From Octopus sinensis (Eukaryota): a stretch of 64,000 nt of DNA. Both the position numbers and the translations under genes were made by a program. Location of the stretch: assembly GCF_006345805.1 (NCBI RefSeq), contig NW_021825821.1, positions 310,001-374,000 of the forward strand, read 5' to 3'. This document shows positions 11,510-23,719 of this stretch, one piece after another. Every line of letters starts with the position of its first letter. The first letter of the stretch is position 1. A model generated the notes under the pieces. That model ran no database searches. It saw only the letters and a program-made list of their open reading frames with translations, and had not been told where the DNA came from.

Positions 11510-13058
11510 CGGGGGTGTCAAAGATACGGCCCCCGGGCCAGAGCTGGCCGCGGACGATCTCAAATGGCCCGCGGTAAAAGTTTAAAAGTGTATTTAAATC
11601 TAAAATATTATTTAACTTTTAATTTTTAGTAACTAATTATCGGCAGAGGACAAGATGGAATGGCAATTCCCACGCAAGATGGCTATTGATATGCGTTGGA
11701 AAAGCCATGTCCGTTCTCGATGATCGTTTTTCTTCTGCTTGCCAGATCCCCAATTTAATAAGAAATTTTTTAGTCCTGGGACCGAGGACACCCGACGTCT
11801 CCACTGCGACCGGGGCGAAGGTATAACGGTGCGATAAGGCGCCGTATTTTTTGATCTTCAGCGTTTCTGCCAGGTTAGCTGCGGAGCCCGGCTCTGAAGC
11901 TGACGTCAAGATGTTCCCGGCGGAGAAGGTATCCGTACTTCAGGAGGAGGTACTGTGCACCAAATCGTTAAAAATAGACCATGTAATGGAGGTGGTCGTC
12001 CGGACAGTAAATTTTATCCGTGCTAGAGGTCTATATCGCCGTCAATTTGACAATTTTCTGAGTGATATTGGTTTTACTCACGGACTACCATATCATTCCG
12101 AGGTAAGGTGGTTAAGTCGAGGTTTGGTATTGAAGAGATTTTTCGATTTAAAAGAAGAAATCAAACACTTCATGTTTGCAAAAAACAAACCTTTACCAGA
12201 ATTGGAATCTCTTGATTGGTTGCTAGACTTGGGATTTTTGGTGGATATTCAGAACACCTGAACACGCTTAACAAAAATTTGCAAGGACGAAATAAAGTTG
12301 TTACACAATATTTCGAATGCATACAAGCTTTCACCGTGAAGCTAATGTTATGGGAGACACAATTGACAGTGGGAAACACTGAGCATTTTTCTTGTTTAAA
12401 AAATGTAAATTCCACCACATCGAATGTTGATATGAGTCGTTATAAAGTGAAAATAACAGAATTACTTCAACAGTTTGAAACACGTTTTAAAATTTTTCGT
12501 GAATTTGAAAAAGAATTTACTGTTTTTCGATCACCATTCACTGCAAATATTACACATCTTTCAGCTAACTTACAATTGGAAATTATTGATTTGAAATGTG
12601 ACTCAGATCTGAAGAATAAATATACCATGGTGGGCTTAGACACCTTTTATAAATATCTCTTGCCGAAGTATCCCAACTTAACAGCTTTAACTGCGAAAAT
12701 CTTGTCAATGTTTGGAAGTACATATCTATGTGAACAACTTTTCTCTTTAATGAACATAAACAAAACAAAATTTCGATCAAGCCTCACCCACACTCATCTA
12801 AGTGAGATTCTAAGATTGACGGTAACTCAGGATTTCACTCCAGATATTGTCCCTATTATGAAGAAAAAAAGATGTCAAGTTTCTGGAACATATTTTAATT
12901 ATAAAAATTAATAAATGTGTTGTTAACTGATTTTAAATTAATATTATAAATTAAAAATCATAGTATGAATTTTGTTAAATCAGAAATAAATAGTCTGGCC
13001 CGCGGAGTTTAAAATTTTTTTAATCCGGCCCGCGGAAGAAATGAGTTTGACACCCCTG
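11510..13058 (+). mobile_element. hAT transposon (SPIN/GTF2IRD2-like) with 8-bp TSD
   Basis: TIRs CGGGGGTGTCAAA and TTTGACACCCCTG; TSD TGTTAGAG at 11502-11509 and 13059-13066. Transposase SEVRWLSRG, FGSTYLCEQLFSLM, with a frameshift. Confidence 0.95.
11628..11935 (-). mobile_element. CRE-like 3' fragment inserted in the hAT element
   Basis: PGSAANLAETLKIKKYG..FAPVAVETSGVLG; it replaces the 5' part of the hAT transposase. Confidence 0.8.
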
Positions 13059-13807
13059 TGTTAGAGGCATATAATTGAAAATCTATGGGCAATTTTAAAA
13101 AAAGAAGTAAAAAAATGTGGAGCATCAAAGATTCAAGAATTATGGAATGAAACAAACAGGGCCTGGAAAAACATTGATACAGGTGTGGTTATTAAACTTT
13201 TTGAGTCAATTCCAAGAAGAATATCTTCGGTAGTCATAAATAATGGAGGAATGACTAAATATTAAATTTTTGGATATTTTTGTCTTTCGTTATTGAAATG
13301 TGCTTCTAACATATGAACGATGTATTATTTTGAGTTTCTTAGTAAATACACATTATAAACTAAATGTGCTCAAAAATTTTAGGTTAAGATTTTTTATTCA
13401 AACAAAAAACTTTTTTCAAAAAATGACAAATAAGTGCCTTTTTTAGAGAAAAAATAAAGTGCCTCTAACATTTGGACGGGACTGTATATCAAATCAGATT
13501 TCGATAATTATGTGAAAACAAAAAAAAGTCCTTTAGAAAGTTTTTTCGAAAATGAACGATATGTTGTTATTGATTACAATTTGTTGTTATTTGTTTTTCT
13601 GGTGGTTTATTATGGAATTGTGTATTGATACAAATTGAATTTTTACATATTCTTATATATTATGATGAACATATTTTTATTTTTCTATTTGCTGTTTATT
13701 TTTCATTATTAGTATATTTATTGGTATCTCAAGTCCTCTCGTATACCAAGGAAGTCTATTTGAAAGCATTTATAAATCCTGAAGAACTCGGCTGAAAAAA
13801 AGAATAA

Positions 13808-14130
13808 GTGCCATTGAAAAATCACTTTGTCATACAGCCCAATTTGAAAAAGAACGTGCACCCGATTACTGAATCCGAGACCTGGAAAGCAATAAGTGCA
13901 ACTAGAAATGCGGCTCCGGGATATGACAAGATCCCTATGTCCTGCTTCAAGCTTGCACCAAGCTGTTTGGTGTCTCTGCTCACAAACCTCTTCAATTCCA
14001 GCCTCCAGAGAAAGTACGTCCCAAAATCATGGAAAAAAACTGAAGTTCGAATGGTTCGAAAACCTAAGAAACCTAAAGAGGGAGCCTCGAGCTATAGGCC
14101 CATAAGCCTAATCCGCTCTATATCAAAGAT
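13808..14130 (+). mobile_element. Jockey/CR1-like RT N-terminal fragment
   Basis: APGYDKIP..LFNSSL..VPKSWKK..KPKK..SYRPISL. Confidence 0.75.
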
Positions 14131-14199
14131 AAGTCAGGAGTCGAGGTTTCAAAAAATCTCGAGTCCCATTTTCATCTTAATGGTCCCTGTCAGATTCTA

Positions 14200-14460
14200 C
14201 AATCGGACAGAATTCAAAAATATTGACATTCGGGTTCTTTGCGAGAAGTTCAAAATTCTGAAAAATCTATGCGAAGAGTTCAATGTAGTTCAGATACATG
14301 GAAGAGAAAAACAATCCCCGTACACAGGGGATTGTAGAACGTTTAAATCAAACCATCACCCGAAAACTCTCCAAAATGATAGACACATATGAAAAAGGTG
14401 GCTGGAAATTCTCAAAAAGCAGTGTACTGTTATAACAAGCCTGTACACTCATTTTTCAAA
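14200..14460 (+). mobile_element. Ginger-like integrase core fragment fused to the RT fragment
   Basis: LKNLCEEFNVVQIHGR, then after a frameshift QGIVERLNQTITRKLSKM. Confidence 0.6.
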
Positions 14461-15063
14461 TCAGAGTCTTAAACGAATCCCCAGAAAAGGTTGGCCGCTC
14501 ATTGCTACTTATTTTAATCCCAAATTTGGAAAAAAGAAATCAATCTATGAATTAAAAAACTCGCTTCTGTCTTTGGGAATAAAAGTGAAATTACCAAAAA
14601 TGAAAATAAAAAATAATTCCCCTGATTTTGCACTATACAGCAAGGTGCTTGAGGAATCATTAATTCAAATTGATGCTATAACTATTAAAAAAATAATCAA
14701 TAAAATAGTAGAAAAAGATAGAAATACTAAAAAATCCAAATAGACAATAGAATAGAATTAAATTTAATGTAAAAAGTTCTTATGAATGGAGATTAATTAA
14801 TTGATAAAGTGAATATAAATTCGCTTGCAAAATAAACTTTATCCAAGATATTTTACCAGTAGTAAAATTAATTAATCTTCAAACAAATAAATAAACAAAA
14901 ATATTAAACAATAAAACATTAATAGCAAGAAAAAAATGAAATAAAATTTTACAAACAGAAGCACAACAGAAGATAAAAAACATTAATAACACGTGATAAT
15001 TTATTTCAATTAATTCGATAAATTTTGAACATTTAGAAAATTATATAAATAACATTTAATATT

Positions 15064-15519
15064 TTTTTTTTTTTTTAAGCTTAAAATTTATACAAACAAG
15101 ACAAAAATTACAGATAGCTAAGTTAGTTAAAGGCCTCACGAGACACCCGACCAGCCGCGCGAATGGCGAAGACGTTCCCTCGGATCACAGCAATCGACAG
15201 ACGTTCCAGGAGCCAAGAAAACTCTCTTGGATCGTGACTAGTCCTTGAAATCCGTCGACCGAGCGAGCGAAGGAAGCGGAGTGTCTTGGGACCGAAGATC
15301 CCGGAGGACTCCAAGGCAATTGGAGTAAAGAGCAGCGAGTTGGACAGGTGGCCGTACTTGAGAATCTTTCGCTCCTCGGCCTGCCTGGAAGCGTGCCCAG
15401 GATTGGCGGCGGACAGCGCGAGATTTCCCAGCGAGAACGTGTCCGAGCAGGTAGAATCCCAAATAAGGGATTTCCCCTGCTCGTAGGGGAAGGTGGACAT
15501 GCCGTCAGGGCGTTTGCCG
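15064..15519 (-). mobile_element. CRE-like copy, sibling of 4684-5307, with poly(A) and 12-bp TSD
   Basis: Near-identical REL ORF; T run at about 15062-15076; ACATTTAATATT at 15052-15063 and 15520-15531. Confidence 0.9.
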
Positions 15520-15574
15520 ACATTTAATATTATCAGTCATTTTGAATTCAATTAAGTTTATTTTTTTCCAAAAC

Positions 15575-16045
15575 GAGCTGCTTCCCGGATTCAAAAGCGA
15601 AAAGCGTACAGCCGTCTGGACGTTTTGCATCTTCAAAAACAAGGCCCTTCGGTTCCAGAATAGAAGGGAAACCAGCTCTTTCCAGAGCTTTGTGAATTAG
15701 ATTGTTAATTTCAGTGTGTCGAGGAAATCGGCCAGCGCTCATTCGACAAGACAGAGGATGTAGCCCAAAGGCGTCAACTTTATCCCCACAACGACATGGG
15801 TGAGGTCTGCAGACAGGAAGTCCAAGGCGATTGCAGATACCCAAACGGAGTGAATCCCTATCAAGGACAGTATCCAAAAGCGGAGAAGGGAGTACATTCA
15901 GCCAGGAGCCTGAGTATGGCTGACAGGCGGAACGGAAACAAGCCAGTCTGTGTTGGTCGAGAAGTGGTTTTAAGTCAGTTGAAGATCGACGGCAAAGAAT
16001 TTTGTCCCAGTCTCGTTGAGAAAAGACATCGGAAGGGACTTCAGA
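15575..16045 (-). mobile_element. CRE-like zinc-knuckle/REL fragment of a different subfamily
   Basis: SGSWLNVLPS, CRCGDKVDAFGLHPLSC..RFPRH and KRPDG. Confidence 0.8.
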
Positions 16046-16049
16046 GAAA

Positions 16050-16810
16050 TTGCGTTTTCAAAGAGCGAGGGCCAAATCAATATCAGAGTCCAACGATGAT
16101 CACCATTCAATTTATGGTACCTGGACCATTGGCGGCTCTGTGGAATCCATCACCGAGAACCTATCCCGCCTAATCCCTGCTTTGCGCATCCCTGGCCTAA
16201 AAGTTAACGTGAATAAATCGGAACTCCTAAACCTCAACTACCCTGAGGCGGATTTTCCGAATGTCAATATGATCATCCAAGACTTCATCACTGGTGCACA
16301 AATAACCCAGCCATTAGAAGCAACCTTTCTTGGATGCCCTTTAAGCCCATCTGGCGAAGAAGGACATGGAATTCTGTAACCTCAAAAGCAATCTCTTGGA
16401 GTTAGACTCGCACATCGCTTTTTTCCTCATGAAAAGCAGTATACATATGCCGAAACTTCTGTACACGCTCCGCTGCCTGCCATGCTACTCGCATCCAGAC
16501 ATTCTGTCTTCCTTGGAAAAATCATTGAAATCCTGCGCGGAAGCAGTTTTAAACATTTCCTTTGACGAAATCGGTTGGACTCAAGCAAAACTTCCCGTCA
16601 GGTTCGGAGGGATCAGTCTTCGCTTGTCTAAAAATCTGACGCCACATTTCTCTTCAATTTCCAGAAGCCGTCAACTTGTCCAAGAGGTTCTACTCCCCTT
16701 CAACGAACTCTCTCTGGAGTTGCCGACTGCCGACCTCCTAGAATTCTGAACTGACGCTAACCTACCCCTCCCGTCCGACATGTCCGTGCAACGGGAATGG
16801 GATGGAGGGG
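16050..16810 (+). mobile_element. CRE-like RT/thumb fragment, frameshifted
   Basis: WYLDHWR (degenerate YLDD), GLKVNVNKSE, PKLLYTLRC and QAKLPVRFGG. Confidence 0.75.
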
Positions 16811-16811
16811 G

Positions 16812-17288
16812 TCAGCCTACCGCGAACAAAACTCTCTACGTGACCCCCGAAAAGATCAGTGGGAGTGGCCTCCTGTTGAAAATTTTTGACAAACTTTACA
16901 AACAAAAACATTTGACACAATGTGTCATTGACGAGGTTCACTGTGTTAGTCCGGTCAATACATTGTGATTTTTAGTGGGGAGATGACTTTCGTCCCTATT
17001 ATAAACGATTTTATTTGCTCAAAACCGGGTTTAGCTGAGTTCCATTCATGTTGTTAACAGCCACGGCAACTGAGCGTGTGAGGATTGATATCCTTCATCA
17101 AGTCCAAGTGAGTACTCCTAAATGGTTGACTTTTAATAGAGAGGATCTTTGCTAGGTTTATCTTCAGTTTCAACCGTTCAAACCTCAAATATGAAATAAG
17201 GCCTAAACGTTCTTCTCAAATAGTAAACGACATTGTCAAAATGATCTTCGACCGTTTCCAAGGCTGGGATAATTTACTGTCTTTCGAG
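16812..17288 (+). pseudogene. BLM: BLM/RecQ helicase core fragment retaining two micro-introns
   Basis: LYVTPEK, VIDEVHCVS|WGDDFRP, LLTATAT, SFNRSNLKYE and GIIYCLSR. It has an in-frame TGA and a frameshift; the introns are gtcaat...tttag (16954-16975) and gttgac...gctag. Confidence 0.85.
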
Positions 17289-18236
17289 GTTTTTTTGTTT
17301 ATTTCTATTTGGTCAATATCATTTTTAAGATCATGTTTTCCAATTCCTTTCTTGGACGCTATACTCAGCTTAATTTTAAACACAAAAATAATGTTAAGTA
17401 GGAAAAATTAAGTTAAAAAGTGAAAATTTAATAATAGTATCGAATAATTATGATTTTTAACAGTATTTTATTTAAAAATATTTTAACCTTATGAAATCAG
17501 GTAAAATTTTATGCTTATATTTTAGCTGTAAAATACTTAAAAATCTTTACATCAAGTTATTCCATGTTAGATGTGCCGTTCATCTATTACACAATTGATG
17601 TGAGAAAATAAGAGACTCTTAACTGAAATTGATTCAATGATAGCTACTGTACAAGCTGCAATTATCAGGAACAATAGAAGAAAATTAATATTCAAAGACA
17701 GAAACATCACCATTTCATTTGACAAGATGGGGTTCCTGGCATAAGGCCGCTACATACTATTCAGAAAATCTGATCGGAATTCAAAATATTTTTGAATCAT
17801 TCGCGGATAATGGATATCTAATTTGAATATCCGAAGCTATTCGAACAATCCAGGTTTCCAAATAATGTCGCTATTGCAAATATTATTACAAAATTTGAAA
17901 GTTAGGATTTGGAAATGGCAACAAATTTATTAAAAATACATATACAAAAAGCTTCAAAAATGACATTTTAAACATAATTAAAATGATCAATTTACATATA
18001 TCTCCTGCCGAGTATTTATTACTCCTGAATTGTCAGTCAACTTCGTGCTGGGTTGAAAGATGTGCCTCTGAGATAAAGAGTTTTCTAAGATCCAACCGAA
18101 ATTTTCTACCAGAAAATTTAAAAAACAATGTAATTTGGTATGTGTATAAATGTTGTAGTGTTTGTAGTTTTTTTATGACGAACGTTCATTAAAAGACAGT
18201 TAGAAAAGGGAGAAGGATTGTTTAAGACTACGCAGG

Positions 18237-19860
18237 TTAGGGCGCTCTTCCAGTCTCACGGATTGCGAAACAGTTGCCGAGGATTACGGCAATGGAGAGG
18301 CGTTGAAGAAGCCAAAAGAACTCTCTCGGGTCGTCCCTCCTTTTGGCGATTCTTCTCCCCAAACCGCGTAGGAAACAAAGCGACTTGCGGCCGAAGACCC
18401 CAGAGGTCTCAACGGCGATGGGCGTGAAAACAAAGCTGGAGAGGTGACCGTATTTCAGGATTTTGAGATCTTCTGCGCGATTTAAAGCAAAGCCTGGGTC
18501 GACGGCTAGGTTCCCGTTGGAGAATGTGTCACAGCAAGTGGAATCCCATATAAGGGATTTTCCCTGCTCAAAGGGGAATGTAGTTAAGCTGTCAGGGCGT
18601 TTGCCGTCACCTCTGTCTAAATCGACAGGTTGAGGACGAATGGCAAGGAGATGGCGATTCTTAGACACTCGGAGTCCAGGAGGTTCCCAATTGAAGGAAG
18701 AGGGAAGACATCAATCCAAGCACCGCTGCCTGGGTGACAGCCAGCACGAAGGCAGGCAAAGACCGACACACAATCTCGTCCCACTGGCGCTGGTTGTCCT
18801 CGACTCAAACCGGACCTTCCATAAGAGACCAGCCGCGACAAAATTTGCAGACACTTTCCGTTCGGGAAGGTTTCGAAGAACGATTTCTGAGAGAGTGCGG
18901 GAGGCAGAATGAGAGGACAGATAAGCTGGAAGAGCCAAATCGGAACAGGATCTCAGACCAAGGCTGCCCCAGCGCACAGGTAAAGTCGCCTGAGACCAAC
19001 CATAATCATCGAAAGCAAGATTGCATAGGGAGCTCATACCAAGCTTAAGGATGTAATCGAAATCAGATAGGAAATCGCTTTTGTGGAAGCAGGGTGCATA
19101 TCTTAGCGTATAAAGGACCTTGGGGGCGGAAAAGTAATTTCGCAGGAGGAAAAATGCGACGTGAGGCTTGATGTTTTTAAGCCTCTCGATCATTTTAGCG
19201 AGATTTGAAATTTTTTCAGAAAATGAAGCTTCTAGGGAGGAAGGGCCTATGAGAACCCCAAGGATGGATAGATTGGAGTTTCCGGTGATACGAACCTCTG
19301 AAAGAAAATTGGAGCAAAAAGAAGAGGCTGCAGAGAATAAACTATGTTGAAGGCCGATGTTCGCGATTTCAGATTTTTTGCGTTGATAGATAGGCCAATG
19401 GCTGAGAGTAATGGGAGGATGAACCGGAAGTCGTCGAAAACGACTTCAAGAGGACTACAAATGGTGTCGTCGTCCAGGTACCAAATGTTAGAAGGGGACC
19501 GGACAGAATGGGCGATGCCAAAACACAGGACCCAGGGGATCGCCTTGCTGGACCCCAGTAGACGAGGTCGTCAAACATAAGTATGCTTGGGGATGCGTAA
19601 GCGAGATGTACGAGGGGGTATGCAGAAGGAGCCATTTTGCGGCAGCACTCCAGTAAGTGATCCCGTCTGATGGGATTAAAAGCATTAGTTACGTCCAGTT
19701 TGACCATGATAAACTCCTCGGAAGATTCTAACAGGTCACGATTGGAATGAGCCGCGGCCTCGTAACCATTGGAAACGCCGACACCAAGTTGAGCGGGCAG
19801 AAAGTTTGGAGACAAACAAGGGACAATGGCATGACAGAGAAGCTTAGCGGAGAGCTTCCG
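18237..19860 (-). mobile_element. Longest CRE-like non-LTR copy in the window (RT plus REL), frameshifted
   Basis: QLGVGV, KLDVTNAFN, GVQQGDPLGP, QATLPVRWGSLG, GKRPD and LSIAVILGN. Confidence 0.9.
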
Positions 19861-20769
19861 GAAAACATTTTTAGTTTTTGGTTATTAAGTTAAATTTTAG
19901 GGTTAATTTTTTTAGTTTTTAGGTTCATAAAGTTAAATTTTATGTTAAATTTTTTATTTTGTAGGCTAAAAAATCGCTCTAAATATAAGTAAGAAAATGG
20001 TGGCATTTCGTGTCAGCGATTAACTGGATTCTCAAACATATTCGGTAGGCACAGTTTTGCACCTTACTTGTCTTAAAACTAATTGGCACTTGATATTCCA
20101 GCTCTTGAATATAAATAAAAAAATTTTCTATAATTTAAACTAACTTTGTAATTTTTTAAATAATGTAACAAAAACTAGGGGTGCTTTTATACTTTTGGGA
20201 GAACTTAAATAAAAACAGTTATGTTATTGAAAATAAAATTTTATTAAAAATAAACAAGTTTCCCAAGACTAATTTGACCCACTGTATATTCTGGAATAAA
20301 TCTTCAAAAATAAAAGAATTGGGATTTAAAAAATTTGAGGTGATTAAAGGGGACCTGGCTATAGATTTGGCGACAGTCTACTGTGAGCAATTCAATACTC
20401 AAAGAAACCATGCAGACTTGATAACGATGATTTGAAATGAAAATGCAATCCTCATTTAATAGCGATGACATGGGGTTACTCTTCTCATTTAAATGATTAA
20501 ATAATTTCTTTTGTTCTCGTTAATTTTGTTTATTTCATTTAGCCAAAGTTTTACGTTTTATTTTAAAATCAGAAAAACGTAATCGAGTAAAAAACCCCTC
20601 TACATACAAAGTTAATCAACTAACTTTGCCAATGATATGGAGGAGGACAAGTTTTTTCAAATATAATGATAATTTTGAGATATAGCTAAGGATATAAAAA
20701 TGAAAATCTTGATAAGCTAAATTTTCTTATAAAAAAATTATAAAAAGTAAGCTCATACTAAGACATGAA

Positions 20770-21620
20770 TACCCGTTCCAAACCGAACACGGCAGTGGAA
20801 TATATAGAGTAACTTTGGACTTGGAAAAAAACATTAGTTTTTCAGAAAATTATTGGAATTGGAAATGTGGTTTGAAAAATGGCGGATCAGCCAAATGAAT
20901 GATGACATTTTTGAAATGAAAAAGAATTAAAATGCGATAAAGTCATTAATTGACTAAGATCAGGTGCTCCGGAGAAAATAACTCAACGTTCTTGCTCATT
21001 AATGAAAAGAATAGTCCGTAAAAATCAAGAATTACTCGAAAAGAATTGGCTGATGATTTAAAAATTACAAGAACATCAGCTTGGCTTTGTACAATTAATT
21101 ATACATCAGGCAATGAATGTATCAATAAACAAAGGTCACGTCGTGTTCCGTTATTAAAAAAATACACATCTCTACACAAATTAAATATTCCAAATATCTT
21201 TTAAATTAAACTCGTCGCCTTCGATTTGACATAAATCCGATCAGACAAATAACCAAAAATGCACCATACCTATCATAAAGCACTGGGGAGGAAGTTTCAT
21301 GCTGTTAGGCTGTTTTTCATTAACAGGAAGTATCACGCTGTTGGGCTATTTTTCATTAAAGTATCATGCTGTTGAGCATTTATTTGTAATAGATGGAATA
21401 ATGAATTTGCTCAAATATTGCAAACTCCTGGAGCAATGCCTATTTCGTGCGGTCGATAAATTAAATTTGACCAGCAATTAACATTCCAGCGTGGCAGCGA
21501 CTGAATGGTTAATAAAAAAATGTTTTGACATGGCTAAGTAAATCACCAGACTTCAATCTAAGCAAATATCCATTAAAAATAAAATATTAGAGTTGAGAGA
21601 TTAAATAGTAAAAATGAAAA
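20770..21620 (+). mobile_element. Highly degenerate Tc1-like transposase remnant
   Basis: KHWGGSFMLLGCFS..G..L.VIDGIMN..KY, QSPDFN and I-ELRD segments with many stops. Confidence 0.55.
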
Positions 21621-21689
21621 GATATAAATGTTGAAAGTGAAAAAAAGATTAAATTATTGTCAAAATAAAACCAATTCAATTACAGAATA

Positions 21690-22640
21690 TCCTATATTAT
21701 AAGAACTTCTGGAAATCGACAATATTTAACCAATTTTAAACAGATCGACATTTTTTTGAATTGGGCAGTGAGGACTCTACTCAGCGGTTCTAGGCAGAGG
21801 ACAAACTGCAGTGGAGACATGCTGTCGCCCTGTAAAATGCCCCTCTCTAGCTTAAATTCGCCTATATCGCATTTGTTGTAGTGTAGATGCACGTTCCACC
21901 TGTCCATCACAGTTGAAACAAATTTTATAAACCACAAAGGCAACTTGAGTCTTCGCAGACACTCAACGAGGTAGGCATGATCAACCGAGTCATATGCCTT
22001 CTTCACATCCACCCACATCGACACTAGTGAGTTTCTGTGGGCTCTCGCGAGGCATTTGTTGATCAGTGCCTGGTCCTTAGCTCCCTGGCAATCCCGCCGA
22101 GTACCTAACTGATTCTCAGACAGAATCCCATTCACCTCCACGAAATTTCTGACCTCAGTAGCCACCACCTTGGTCATCAATTTGTACAGGTTAGGCATAC
22201 AGGTTATCAGACAATAATCTGTCGGAGCGGAAGGGTTATCTACTTTAGGGATCAAATAAGTGACCCCAGTACAAAATCACTCTGGAATCAAGCCAGGGTC
22301 TATTGTAAATTGTTCGATTGCTCGACACGTGCAGTCATGGATTGGTTTGCAATTTTTTATAAAGAAATTATACACCTTATCGATCCCAGGTGTCTTCCAG
22401 TCAGAGAGACGGGTTACTGCTTCATCGAACTTCTTGCGGATGTCAGAGACACCACAAGACTCGCTCATCAATTTGTTATTATTAATAGCACGTATACAGA
22501 ACCAAAGAAACGTTAAATTAGCCAAGGTCCCGTTTGTGCCACACGTTCAGAAATCTTGTTCACCAAGCATCTCCATCGGGGTCTGCTTTGAGCATATACT
22601 CATAGGTCTTCAAGGTCGTCAGCACATCCAAGTTTTCTTC
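21690..22640 (-). mobile_element. R4/Dong- or NeSL-type non-LTR RT fragment
   Basis: WKTPGIDKVYNF, NQLGTRRDCQGAKDQAL, WVDVKKAYDSVDH and RGILQGDSMSP. Confidence 0.85.
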
Positions 22641-22929
22641 TAATTCCGTTTAGATCCTTGTTTAGTGCAACAGGGAGAGTGACCCTGGGCCTTCCTCTGA
22701 AGGCTGTTTTGTTGTTATTGTTAAAGTAATCATTTATTATCGTGTTTGCTGGTGTGTTTACGTCCATTCTAAGTACGTGTCAAAACACCCTCCATCTTGA
22801 TTCTTAAAACTCTCCGGTACATCATGTTCTCACTATCACCAAGTAATGATCCCAATTTCCTTTTTTCCTCCAACTTTCATCAATATATTTTGATTCCCCT
22901 GCGATTCTTACGTGTTCAGTCTTTTCTTA

Positions 22930-23700
22930 ATTAACGTGCAAAAACCATCACTCAAATTCGTCCGGAATTTTCTCCAAAACAGATGCAAGTTCCTGATCAT
23001 TTTCTGACACAAAGTCTATGTCGTCTGCACATATAATTTCCATCGGCATCGATTCTTCGCACTTTGTTCTGAGATCTCTCAGTGCTGCCTCCAGATATAC
23101 TATGAATAGAACCGGAGATAGAGAGTCCCCCTGAGGTGTTCCAATTGTTGTCCCGAAAAGATTTGATAACTCGTTTCCAACCCGTACAGTTAATTCAGTA
23201 TTAGAAAGTAGGAAACGGACGAGCCTAGTGCTATCTTCATCAAGAAAACTCCAAAAAACGTTCAACAACGATTTCTTATTTACAGTGTCAAACGCACTGG
23301 ACATGTCCACTCCTAGAAGTTTAAAGTCATTTTTGTATTGTTGACACATAGCACATATCCATCTATGAGACCAGACAGCGTCTGCAGTCGAGCTACTCCT
23401 TCTGAATCCACTCTGTCCTGGCGACAGAAATTCGCAAACATCAGAAGATATCCCATTTAGAGTTATCAGAAATGTAATTTTTCTCAGTGTCTTCAGTAGT
23501 ATCACTGATCTTGGATTTTTTAGCGGACCCTTGCTCTTTCCTAGTTTATGTAAAGGAATTAAAATTCCATCCCCAAGTTTAAAGGTGAATTTGTCTCAAA
23601 TATTACATTAAAAATGTTCGTAATGAAGGCTGTCAATTCGCTTGGTGTTTGTCTATATAGCAAGACAGGTTTTGGTGAAAAATTTGCTAGTTTTTGGTAG
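22930..23700 (-). mobile_element. RTE-like RT fragment
   Basis: QSGFRRSSSTAD, VDMSSAFDTV, GTPQGDSLSP and CADDID. Confidence 0.85.
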
Positions 23701-23719
23701 CCTAAAGATAAAGGAACTA

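Larger units (their letters stand above)
11321..13484 (+). mobile_element. Second Tc1-family element, internally deleted, hosting a hAT insertion
   Basis: TA|CAGTCCCGTCCAAATGTTAGAGGCAC and its exact inverse at 13459-13484|TA. Transposase C-terminus IIENLWAILKK...GGMTKY at about 13070-13265. Confidence 0.9.
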
